A stretch of DNA of 63,918 nucleotides, filler included, from Hyphochytrium catenoides (Eukaryota; Protista; Hyphochytriomycota): NCBI GenBank assembly GCA_900088475.1. It is 15 parts of 15 records of this genome, joined end to end, with 100 filler letters (N's around TTAATTAATTAA, not from the genome) between each part and the next. Parts side by side here need not be neighbours in the genome. Positions count along the whole stretch, not along the records: positions 1 to 16,532 come from FLMG01000179.1; positions 16,633 to 23,183 come from FLMG01000106.1; positions 23,284 to 25,665 come from FLMG01000781.1; 12 more parts are not named here. One strand, 5' to 3'. Each line of letters starts with the position of its first letter. Within the stretch, counting starts at the first letter, position 1. This document shows positions 13,414-24,648 of the stretch, in pieces. The notes below the pieces were generated by a model. The model worked only from the letters and a program-made list of their open reading frames with translations. It made no database searches and was not told the origin of the DNA. Both the position numbers and the translations under genes were made by a program.

Positions 13414-14379
13414 ATGGAAACCTTATTGCAGAAGAATGGTCTACCCCATCTCTCTTCGGATGCACCCTTTCTGACTGACGGAGGGATTGAGTCAACTCTA
13501 GTGTTCCATCATGGACAGAACCTCCCGTGCTATGCAGCCTTCACTCTCTTGACGACGGAGGAAGGCACGCAACTTCTGCGCAAGGCCTACGAGCCATACC
13601 TACAACTCGCTGTTAAACTCCAGCGCGGCATAGTGCTAGAGAGTCGCACCTGGAGAGCGAGCGACTATTGGGGGTCCAAGATGGGATACTCAAAGGAGGA
13701 CATCGTCAACTTGAACGCGGCCGCCGTCCAACTACTTCAAGAACTTAAAGCTGAGTACCAGGAGAAGGCTGACATCCCTATAGTCATCAGTGGAAACGTA
13801 GGTCCTCTTGGAGATGCCTATGAAGTAGAAGAAGAAGATAGAATGACGGTCTCAGAAGCAAAGCGCTTCTACTACTCTCAGTTCGAAAGCTTTAGCAAGG
13901 CTGCGGTAGACATTGTCAGTATCGCTACAACGTCAAGTATTGTGGAGTCCATCGCTGTCGCAGAGCTCGCGCGCGACTTCAATCTTCCGGTGGTGATATC
14001 ATTCACCTTGGAGACCGATGGCAAGTTGAAGACTGGAATGACCTTAGCACAAGCGATTTCAGAGGTGGATGCAGCCACCAACGCATACGCAGTCTATTTT
14101 GGGATTAACTGCGCACACCCCTGCCATTTTACTTCAACGCTAAGGTCCATGCCGGCTAACATCCTGAAAAGGGTTGGCTGCATTCGGGCCAATGCCAGCA
14201 AGAAGAGTCACCAAGAACTCGACAATAGTGTCGAACTGGATGACGGCGACCCAGTTGAGCTTGGTCACTGCTATGCCTCCATACAGCAGATTCTAGGTGG
14301 CAGCCTACGGGTGATTGGAGGCTGCTGTGGCACGGACATTAGGCACGTCACTGCCATTGCGGAGGTTATCTTCAAGTGA
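13414..14379 (+). CDS. Homocysteine S-methyltransferase family protein (bacterial-type), intronless
   Basis: Motifs FLTDGGIESTL, LESRTWRAS, GINCAHP, RANAS..SHQELD, GGCCGTDIRH, including the three Zn-binding Cys. First in-frame ATG is at 13414; the ORF track start at 13246 is a GTG. Confidence 0.93.
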   Translation: METLLQKNGLPHLSSDAPFLTDGGIESTLVFHHGQNLPCYAAFTLLTTEEGTQLLRKAYEPYLQLAVKLQRGIVLESRTWRASDYWGSKMGYSKEDIVNLNAAAVQLLQELKAEYQEKADIPIVISGNVGPLGDAYEVEEEDRMTVSEAKRFYYSQFESFSKAAVDIVSIATTSSIVESIAVAELARDFNLPVVISFTLETDGKLKTGMTLAQAISEVDAATNAYAVYFGINCAHPCHFTSTLRSMPANILKRVGCIRANASKKSHQELDNSVELDDGDPVELGHCYASIQQILGGSLRVIGGCCGTDIRHVTAIAEVIFK

Positions 14380-16532
14380 ACAAGAAACTGTCTTGTCCGC
14401 CATTTCCAGTCTCTATAAACTAAATAAAGCCCAAGAGTGGGAATATCTAGTGGCAATGTACCGTCTATATTACACGACGATCACCAGGATGTACACTTTG
14501 ATGGCGGTAGTGAAAGGACTTGGTGCCCCAAGGAAATGAACTCTGAAAGATGAGAAGGAAGGCTGAGTTGTGGGACACTTGTTTGCTCTGTCTTCACCTT
14601 GATTTAGAGTTTAACCCGAGCAACCAAATGAAGAAGGAGCCATTGCTGGAGAGGCTCTTAGCTTCAAGATTGCGGACATCAAAGGTCGAGAGAAGGAAGA
14701 GGATAGGACGTAGACTAGAACCCTTAGAAGCATCAAGAGAGCGAGAAAGTATAGAGGGTGAAGAGGAGAGAATATGAACAGGGAGAAAGAGAGAGAGAGA
14801 TTAGTTCCCTCTCTAAAACTGTCAACAAACTCGTCAACAGATGATATATCTTCTAGTAGTGATGATGATAGACTTAGTTTGAATAAAGTTACGCTCAGGC
14901 GGATGATGATGGCCAGGAGTTAATAACAAGGAAGGGATCCGCATTGCTTGCCATACGCACGGAGACTGTAATAAAGACGATAACGAAAGGGACATCGCGT
15001 TAACTTTTAACCGCACAACTCCCTGCCGTTGTTGGCACGTTCTTCAAGGAGGAGATAAGGTGGAATATCCAGGGAGGAGGGATATTAAGTTTCCTGGCGC
15101 GGTTGTAGGATGGGGCTGACCTTCCTCATCACTTTCAGATTTCCCCGGTCAGCCTCTGCCGCCTGCTCAGAATCTAGACATAGCGGCAACGGATAGAAGA
15201 GGCACACCTGACTAGACCTATGCGCTGCCGCAGAACAGTTAATAAGAATTATCGCAAGGGCCACCAATAATCATGAAGTCCAAACAGAATGATCACGGAT
15301 GGATGAGACTCCCTGCCAGACGATCTCTACCTTGCTCTCTGTCGTCTACCAAGCAGAAAACGTTACTATTCTATGTTGAGGACGTTACTAGTTTATGATG
15401 AGGATGTGTGAGGTACCTCCTCTTCAAGGCTAGATGATACGGCTAGATATGGCGAGCGAGCTCCTGAAGACTGGAACACCTCTTAGACTCTGATGATGCC
15501 GACGGAGGAAGACGAGCTACCTACGCTCAAAGTGCCACTGATGTAAGCTGGCAGCAGGAGGGCTACTAGTTGTTTTTATCGTTGCTTTCATGGGTAGAAG
15601 TTCTACTGTTGACCAGTGCCTCAAAGAACCGCGCCATGTGCAAAGCCAAGAATGTGAACTCCAGAGCTCCATTGCATAACAGTGTGTACAATGTTAGCCA
15701 ACTTATTACTCAGCAACAAAGGGGCAGAGTGGCATCAAGTCGTTGATGATCTTATGCGGTGTGAAAGAATGATCGCGAGCACCAACATAATAATCGAGGG
15801 ACCAAGAAACTCCCTACTACTACGAGGAAGAAGGTAAATCCAGGGGAGGAAGGCCGTCATCCGTTACTGGATGGATTGTCGGTCTATTATGATGACATGA
15901 TCCCTTCCATGCTGCAGGTGGGGCCGGTGGGTGGGTTCCGACAGTAGCAGCGTCCTTCCTCCTTCCCATCCGCTCGTGAAAGGTGTAATAGTAAAGGCCT
16001 TTATGTACTGTAGTGGCTCTATGCGTGCTTCTGTTTTCTTTCCTTCCTTCAACAGCTGCTGCAACCTTCCTTATTCTCCCCCAGTCTGCACCCTTTAGTT
16101 CCAGCAGTAGAAGTACAGCCAAGAAAGTAGCATCATTCCCAGTTGTGCCAGAATGTGAGCTGAAGGACATGAGCTCGTCATCCCGACCGCCAGTGCAGCT
16201 GCAAGGACTCGTCGAGACCTCCTCCTACCTTCGCCTTTTCCTTTCAAAAGGTATCAATCAGCCTGGATCTCAAGGCTTTTGTTAGTAGGGAACTCTCGTG
16301 TTCGTCTCTCCCCCGTCATCCGCCATCTTCATCACTGTTCTCCGACGACATCACGTGTGGGTGCTCCTGATGACCTTACCACAACACTGCTCCTCAATCT
16401 TGTTCAGTAGTCCAGCAGCAGCTCTGTTCTCCTTATCCTGTTCTTCTTTCTGTTCCTCATCCCGCCGATCTGGCCCCGGCTTTCTCTTCTCAGTCCTATG
16501 GGCTCCCAGGATCAAGCAGCAGGTCCATTTCC

Positions 16533-16632
16533 NNNNNNNNNNNNNNNNNNNNNNNNNNNNNNNNNNNNNNNNNNNNTTAATTAATTAANNNNNNNNNNNN
16601 NNNNNNNNNNNNNNNNNNNNNNNNNNNNNNNN
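16533..16632. other. Artificial scaffold linker (first of 14; cores at 16577, 23228, 25710, 37362, 42978, 45615, 48421, 50498, 53921, 56226, 57618, 59176, 61383, 62740)
   Basis: Identical TTAATTAATTAA core embedded in ~100-bp N blocks; it places stop codons in all six frames. Confidence 0.98.
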
Positions 16633-17853
16633 TTCTTTTACGAGTATCACCCGCTGCTACACCTGACGGACCGTTGTTGTACGTCTCTTCGTTTCGTCCT
16701 TTGATGGTGGGGGACTGACAACCTGCACTGGTATCAGACGTATGAATCAGACCTGTCCTCTCACTAGCAGAACATACCCGTCTTACCGAAGCGATAGACA
16801 TAATCGAGACAAGACAGGACTGATGAGAAAGGCGGGCAGGAAGAGGTCTATAACGACGAGGGCAGCAGGGAGCAGACAGACCGTCAGCCAGTGAAGGCAA
16901 TAGTGGTTCGTTATTCTGGTGATGATGGTGGTGGGGCATCCAGGGCCGTTACTGCTGAGCAAGCAGCGGAAAACAGTCCTCCCTCCTCCTTCTCTCTGCG
17001 TCCTGGCTTTATGGCTTCCTACATTCTTCTAAAGGGGTCACTCGGCATTATATGACTATAGGCTTTATCATGATCTCTGGCAATAAGGGTCAATCGGGTG
17101 GATGCATCGAACCTTTGAGTGGGTTGTCGCTCTTGGACATATTTCGGAGGCCAGAAAAGAAAGCAATTTTGGGCCCCAGTAAAGGCGCAGTATATGAATG
17201 AATGTTTCCGACGAAAGAAGCATAATTTCCCTCATAGTTTGGTCATAGTATGAATGTGGTGTGCCAGGTTGCTCTTCATTCCCGGTCGCAGGGCAGGTCC
17301 CCCCTAACCATCAGCCCTCTCTTACAAGGGTTAGCTTTTAGGGAGTACCCTCCGCCACATGGGGGGCAATTGGAGCAGTAGCAGTTGTAACCCCTCACTC
17401 AGGAATCTTACTACACCCGTTGAGGGCGCTATGATAGGCAAAATGTGGAAGTCCTGTGTTATTATTATCTGCTCAAGGGGTTAGAGGAAGCTCACCCTCC
17501 CGACATCTCTAGGGCATTCTGTCTCGTTGCTTTTATGTTGAACACGCTTTATTTCGTCCACCCTTGGCAGATTCTGTCTACCCATATTTAGTTCTTCTCT
17601 CCCGGTCCTTTCTCTACCTCTTCATAAACTCTTTCTCTCTCTCCCTCTGTCTCTCTAAACCTCTCTCTCCCTTCCTTCCTTTCTAGGTCTTATACCTGTA
17701 TAGGCTCCCATCTGTCTGACCAAAGGTATGTCTCCTTTGTCTCTCTCTCTCGTCCGCCTGCCCATCATTAATGTTAGGAGAGCTGGTGCCCTGTGGAATC
17801 CTTGAAGGAGCAGTTTCTGAGGAGAAAGTTCCTTTTTTGTCGTTTTCTCTCTG

Positions 17854-17891
<38 letters not shown>

Positions 17892-17898
17892 TCTCTCC

Positions 17899-17937
<39 letters not shown>

Positions 17938-18398
17938 GTTGCTCATCTTTCCTCAGCTCTTCCAGCTGCCCGCCGCTGCACCCATCAAAGTGAGACAAAA
18001 CGTGGCGTCACGTTGCTTTCGGTGTCGCTCTTCCTCCTCTCTCTCCGGATCGAGTCTTCTTCTTCACCTGAAGCTTCAACTTCGCTGCTACCCAGAGCCA
18101 GCCTCTTCACACATCCCCGCGCCTTGTCGTCCTCTCTGGCCGTGACATCACTGTCTTTCTTAGGCGCCAACATCCTAGTGTCCTTTCTCATCTCGCGGCC
18201 GGTGATCCGGACCGAAGCTCTCACTTCAGGATTTCCCGGCACTCGCTTCAGTGACTCTCTACTAAGGTCCAGCCATCAAGCTGTCGAGTCTACCTCCGCC
18301 ACCATCATCGAGTTCAAGGACTAGACCTCCGCCTCTGAATCAAACAAGGACAGGACGTAACTTCACTCCGTGGCCCAAGACCAAGGCAAGATAACAAT

Positions 18399-18746
18399 AT
18401 GTACACCCAGTCAGGCTCAGGAATGGCTCCTCATTCGATGGTACAGTCTAACCATCGCATGACAAGTTACCGAGGAGGTGGAGGAAGAAGGCGACAGAGT
18501 TTAGAACAGAGCCCTCCTCGCCCATCCTCACGCTTGAACCCGAGCGCGGCGGGCTTCCGGCCTACCTCGCGCTCTCTCTCTCCCACTCCTTCCAAGCTCT
18601 TCATCGTCTCTCCTGGCTTGCCAACACCGCTAGAGATCAACCACTATGAGTACGGAAAGGTCCCATCGGGCGTCGTGCATGTGACGCCAGGTAGACAGCA
18701 GGTTGAGTTCTTCACGAACGTAGGCAACGTTCCTCGTGCTGCCTAA
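18399..18746 (+). CDS. Small 115-aa protein with PAM2 (PABP-interacting) motif
   Basis: ATG-initiated, non-repetitive ORF containing 'SRLNPSAAGFRP', matching the PAM2 consensus SxLNPxAxxFxP. Confidence 0.6.
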   Translation: MYTQSGSGMAPHSMVQSNHRMTSYRGGGGRRRQSLEQSPPRPSSRLNPSAAGFRPTSRSLSPTPSKLFIVSPGLPTPLEINHYEYGKVPSGVVHVTPGRQQVEFFTNVGNVPRAA

Positions 18747-19900
18747 GAAGAAGCCAGTAAACAGAAAGGAGGGATCCTCAAACGGAGGAAACCAGAGCAA
18801 AGAAGAAGTTAGAGCGCGTTGGAGAAAGAAAATGCTAAGCCTTACATTGCTAGTGAGCGGTGCTTTAGAGCAGTGCTTAGGAAGGCTAGATCCACCGATC
18901 TCCGCCTTTGTCAGCCAAAGCTAGGAAAGGGATAGATGGACTGCTCTTCCCTCTGCTTAGTCGGAATCTGTGCGTTCTCCTCTCCATTGTCCTCTTGCTT
19001 CCCGCTTCCCCCGTGTCTGTGTAAGTGTAGAGTGAGTGTATAAGGGAATGGTCCGTCTCTTCTCTTTTGGATGTCAAGTCATGTTGCTAGGATAACTATA
19101 TTATAAGGGGACCACTAGGGCAACCGGGAGGGCATTGTGCCTCTCCTTCCTTCTTCGTACGCCCACTGTGTGTTGTGACAGGAAGCAATGTGTATAGATG
19201 GTAAAGTTATTCCCTAAGTTATTAACAAGGTAGATCTTGGTTGACCATCTCCATTTGGCCCTGCCCCTAGTCTGGAAGTCTCACTGTGCCCTTGGCTAGC
19301 CCTACATCTCCATCTGACCTCATATGAACTGTCGGGTCTTCCTTCCACGGGCCTGGCAAAGAGGAATCTTTGGCTATAATAACGGAGGAAGTATATGACA
19401 CTGTTCTCAGCAGCTGTATCTTCACTGAAGCCTTCCATAGCCGCCTCCCTACCATGCAGGTCTTTATCTCCAACTTACAGCTGCACAACGCGACGAGAGC
19501 GCAAAGCTAGCCATCGGTAAAACCAAAGATACTGCCTTATTAAAACTATGTACATGCATCCGCGGTGTCCTTTTAATCCAATGAAAAAGGGCAAGAGCAA
19601 AATTGTGCTGGGTCAATAAGCCGCTCATACTAAGAAAGACAACGCTCAGAAGAAGAACACTGCAAAAGCCGTTGTCTCGACCAACGGAGAAGAGACAGAA
19701 GGCGAGGAGAGGGGAAGAGAGAGCGAGAGCGAGAGAGCAAGAAAAACAAAGAGAGAGAGACAGAGAGAGGCACACACAGAGAGAGAGAGAGAATGAGACA
19801 GAGGGGTATTGGGGCCAAGGAGTTGACCAACTCATTGAGCGGGCTGTGAAACGAGAGGGCGAGCTGAGGCTGTTGAACCAGACTCTGATGCCGTCTAGGG

Positions 19901-21794
19901 CTACAGTCCGCTGTATCTGAACTGCTCGGCTCTGAGCGCCTCCTCCATCCCTTCTTCCATGAAGCGCTGGATACGAGGCCCAAACCAATCCACCTGCATG
20001 CTGCCTACAAACATGGCGTCGTGCCCGAACTCGGAGTCGAGCAGTTCCAGGCGGACGTCTCTCCCTGCCTCTTTGAGGACGTTATAGATGTGCTCTTGCT
20101 CTGTGTGGGGAATGAGCTTGTCTTGATATACGCCTAAAGAAGCGGAAGCAGAGATGGAAAGGTAAATGAACCGGTAGCGCAGGGAAGTAATATAGTAGCC
20201 CAACAACCGCAAGGGCGGCACAGGGAATCTTTGAAGGAGGGACTACTGCTGACGGGTGAGTTAGAGAGAGCAAGACAGAGGTATGGAGTCTTCGGAAAAG
20301 AGGGAGAGAGAGGGAAGAGAAGAGCTCGAGTGGCGGGAAGACTTGAGCTAGACAGGTCGCACTCGACGAGACAGCATCACAACCCACCGATGACGTATGT
20401 TTTTGCTTTGATCCTTTTGATTCCGTCCTGCAGAGAAGAGAAAGAGTAGCCTAAATCTTGCAGGTCCATCGCTTTGGAAAGCAATAGATAGCAGTTCGGA
20501 TCGTACACGCGGCCAAACTTCTCAGCCTGCAGAGTAAGGGAAGGGAGATCAAACTCATGTCAAAGGCCACGAAGTCCTAACAAATTAGGGAACTATGACA
20601 GTCACTCAACGACTGAGAAGCAGATTTTCATATACTAGGACAGCGCGGGAAACAGCACTCAATCCTAACAATCAGGCTAAAGGAAGGAGGATGGAGACAG
20701 CCAGCGAAATCGACAATGAGATAGAACAAGGGGGGGGAGAGTAGGGAGCGAGAGTGAGAGAGAAAAAAAACAGAGAAAGAAGAGCGAGAGACAGAGAGAG
20801 GCACACGGAGAGAGTGGGAGAGAGAGTCTGAGGGAGAGAGAGAGAAGAGAGAGCGAGAGAGACAAACGAGAATAAAACTGGTGGGCAACCTGAGGAATAG
20901 TAAAACAGTGGAACTAACCTGGTAGTGCATGTATTTCTCCACGTCAAAGGTGAGAGCCTTATAGTGCGGAGTGTCCACAGGGTCCCAGTCAAACCTGTTA
21001 TCGAACTCTTGACGAGAGCGGTAGAGGGTCATCCCCAGCTCTCTCGCAATCTTCATGCCCTCTATCGGCCCTTCTCCCTTCTCATAGTCACCCTCTGCGT
21101 ACTTTGGGTCTGAGAGGATTGCTCGGCGCTGTACTCGTCTATAGGCCACAGTCCCTGGCGTTGTCTTAGCAGTGCAGGAGATAGCCAGAAGTCTCTCCAC
21201 TCTGTCTGGGTACATTGACGCGAACTGCAGGGCTTGCATTCCTCCCATGCTTCCTCCAATGACTGCATATACCTTGTCTATTCCTAGATGATCCAACAGA
21301 GCCGCATGACACGCTGCCATATCCGCAGGCGTGATCTGAGGGAAGGAGCTCTTCCATTCCTCTTCTTCCTCTCCGTCTTCTTTCTTTCCCTTCTTCTCAA
21401 TAGGAGACGTTGTCCCATAAGGAGCACCCAGAACGGAGGCAGAGATAACTCTGAAATAGTTGCTGTTGATGTACTTGTTCCGTCCTACAATGTACTCCCA
21501 CCATCCTGGCTTTGGGTCTGCGATGTTCGACGCCACATGGCTGGAATGAGAGAAGGAAGGCATCACCAATATGGTGCGCTCACCACCAAGAGAGTGATCG
21601 CCCTGAGGGGCGACAAGGGGAAGAGAGAGATAAACGACAAAGAGAGAGTGAGAGTGAGACAGAAAATTGAAAGAGAAAGAGAGGGGACAGGAGATACATA
21701 CGCATAATACATACACACAGGGGGGAAAGAGAGAGAGAGAGTGAGAGAGAGAAGAGAGAGAGGTACGCAGACAGGAAGAAACAGTGCAGAGAAG

Positions 21795-21834
<40 letters not shown>

Positions 21835-22721
21835 CCCCGGGGCACAATAAATAATACATATACACAGGTTGGCGGGCGGGAAGAGAGAGAGAGTGAGAGA
21901 TAGAAGAGAGAGCGAGAGGTACGCAGACAGGAAGAAACAGTGCAGAGAAAGCAAAGAAAGAGAGAGAGAGGCACAACAAAACGGCACAGAGCCAGAGATA
22001 GCGACAGTACACTGAGAGAGAAAGCTCTGATGGCTGAAGTTAGAACCTTACATATTGCTCCCACTGAATCTTCAACCCCTTTAAGGACTTTCCCAGCTGC
22101 AGTGGCAGCTCAATGTCAAGCTGAGATACGTTCTTGCTCTTAGAGAAGTATGGATCTGACGATGGCAGAGGCGTGAGATGAGGGGCATCGATCTTCTTCA
22201 GCTCATAACGCTCAAGAGCAGCTGCTGAGCTGCTCCATCTGTCGACAGCGAACAAGAAGGAAGACCACTCATGTCAGTTCCACTGAGCTCGCATCCTACA
22301 GCACAGAAAGTGGAGACTGCGTGGCCAGTCATACAGAAGAGAGATGGAGCTGGAAGCTGACGCAACGGGACGAGAAGGAGAATTTAACTTCAAGAAGATC
22401 AGAGAGCAAACAGAGACCAAAAGAACGACGGAGGAGAAAGCAAGTGACTGTCAAGAGAAGGAGAGAGAGACGGACAAAAAGAGAGAGAGAGCGAAGCGAG
22501 CAAATCTCTGGCATCGATGTCCGAGCTGCAGGTAGGACCCTAAGCTGTTGCCCTGAGAGAGAGAGAGAGAGAGAGAGNNNNNNNNNNNNNNNNNNNNNNN
22601 NNNNNNNNNNNNNNNNNNNNNNNNNNNNAGGCCGCTGTGGAGAGAGAAGAACCAACCTGCTGCCTGCTGCCAAAGTGCTGCCTCTCGTCCCAAGCCGCCA
22701 TCCTAGAACTCTGCGCATCAT
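19901..22721 (-). CDS. MetX-family alpha/beta-hydrolase acyltransferase (homoserine/serine O-acyltransferase) with likely mitochondrial leader
   Basis: PGWWEYIVG, GGSMGGMQAL (nucleophile Ser), YRSRQEFDNRF, DPNCYLLLSKAMD, QDKLIP (Asp), GHDAMF (His). Exons ~22051-22238, 20919-21603, 20389-20526, 19901-20133 join in frame. Arg-rich N-terminus MMRRVLGWRLGTR. Confidence 0.9.
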
Positions 22722-23283
22722 TGTCTCTTTCTTCAGCAAGTAATCCTTATCCTTTCACTTTCGCTTTCGAATATTGACTATGGACTGGCTCTTGTTAGCC
22801 TAGAAATCTTCATCTCAAGCTTGGCTGACTAGTCTCCCGAAGGTAAGAACAGAGTCTCACTTCTTTTCGCGTCTGACGCTGCTTCCTCGGAAGCGCTCAT
22901 CATAGAGACTTCAACCAGCTGGGACCAGCTGGAGAGAGAAGGGAGCGCCAGATGAAGTGGGAGTGAGAAAGAGAGCGAGACAGACAGAGAGCGAGACGAA
23001 GAGAGAAAGAAGAAAGGGAAGAGAAAGAGAGGGAGCGCGAGAGACAGAGAGAGGAGTTGAGTGAGACAGAGGATCCAAAGAAAGACACAGGAAAATGTAG
23101 AAGAACCATAGTTTTATGACGGTGATCAATAATGTGAAGGGAGATGAGAGTAAGAGAGAAGAGTAAGAGAGAGAGAGAGAGGGNNNNNNNNNNNNNNNNN
23201 NNNNNNNNNNNNNNNNNNNNNNNNNNNTTAATTAATTAANNNNNNNNNNNNNNNNNNNNNNNNNNNNNNNNNNNNNNNNNNNN

Positions 23284-23850
23284 AACCGCCATGACAGGAA
23301 ACTTTGATTTTCCTTTTGATTCTTCGGAAGCGCCGGCCCTTGTGGCGTCCTCAGGAGAGGAAGAAGGAGAGAGAGAAGTGTCGGGAGAGAGAGAAGAAGA
23401 GCCATCTCTGCCTTGTTTGGAAGGGAGAGACGTGGTTCTCTCTCTCGGTCTTGGAGAGGGAGAAGAAGCTGATGATGGAGCAGTTCCTGGGGAAGAAGTG
23501 GATGCAGGTGGAGAGAGTGTCGATGGTGGTCCTGTCCCTGGCGCGTCTGTGGAGGGAGAGAGAGAAGGAGAGGGAGAAGGAGAGAGAGAAGGAGAGGAAG
23601 AGGGAGAAGAATCACTGGGAGCAGGTACCGGAGCAGGAGGAGGAGGGGGAGGAGGAGGCGGTGGAGGAGGAGGAGGAGGAGCTGCAGTGGCGGGAGGTGG
23701 CGGAGGAGGAGGGGGAGGAGGCGGCGGAGGGGAGAGAGACGTGGGAGCAGGAGGTCCAGGAATCTCAATAGGAGGAAGAATCTGAGCGATAGACAGAGGA
23801 GAGCAAGAGAGAAGAGAGAGAGAGAGAAGCAACAGGGTTTTTCGTGTCAT
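23284..23850 (-). CDS. Secreted/surface proline- and serine-rich protein (3' partial)
   Basis: Signal-peptide-like MTRKTLLLLSLSLLSCSPLSIAQ, poly-Pro tracts, SP-rich stalk, then 'KFPVMAV' (possible start of a TM helix) at the scaffold end. Confidence 0.65.
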
Positions 23851-24601
23851 ATTGCCAACATAGAGCCTCTTGGCAAGTAGAGGCAATAAAAAGAGGCGAT
23901 GGAGAGAGAGAGAGAGAGAGAAGAGATTGAAAAAGAAGGTTACCGAGCAAGGGTGGTCACAGCTTTTCCTAGAGAAGAGAAAGAGAGAAATGCTCCTGTT
24001 CCGGTGCACGATGTACAGGCAGGAGAGAGAAAGGAGATAAAGAAACCTCTTCCTTACAAGGCTGAGCTGCAGTCACTCACGCTGCACAGACACGAGAAAA
24101 GGAGAGAAAGGCCTCGGCGTTTGTGTCTTTCGAAGGTTGGCAGAGATTCACCTCAGGTTCTGAAGGAAGGAAAAGCCGATAATGAGTAAAGAGGCGGCGC
24201 ACTGTGAGGAAGATGATGAAGTGTGTCTTACAGAGAAAAGAAGACCTGAAAGCAATGGATTGGGTAAGGGCAACGTGGAGACCAGAACTGCCATGATATG
24301 TGGAAAGAGAGGAAGAGAGGGAGGGAGAGGAAGAGCGGAGTGAGAGAGAGAGAGAGAAGAGGGAGGGAAGAGAAACATAAGGGGAGAGCGGAGAGGAAGA
24401 GAGTAAAAGAGAAGAGAGCGAAGAGAGAGAGAGAGAGAAGAAAGAGAGAGTGGCAGAGTGACAGAGAGAGGAAGGCAGGCAACAGGCAAGCCGAGGACTG
24501 AAAGCGAAGACAAGACATGGCAGAGAGAGTAACAGAGAGGAGAGAGAGAGAAACACAGTGGGAGAGACACACACAAAGAGGATACAGAGAGAGAGAAGAG
24601 A

Positions 24602-24648
<47 letters not shown>

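Noticed and set aside
17030-17500. Possible snRNA / RNase P / MRP gene (AATTTTGG Sm-like site, GC-rich stems)
   Set aside because: No diagnostic conserved boxes found by eye; an Infernal/Rfam search would be needed.
13414-22721. Methionine/cysteine metabolism gene cluster (HMT plus MetX)
   Set aside because: The two genes lie on different scaffolds separated by the linker at 16577, so proximity is artificial.
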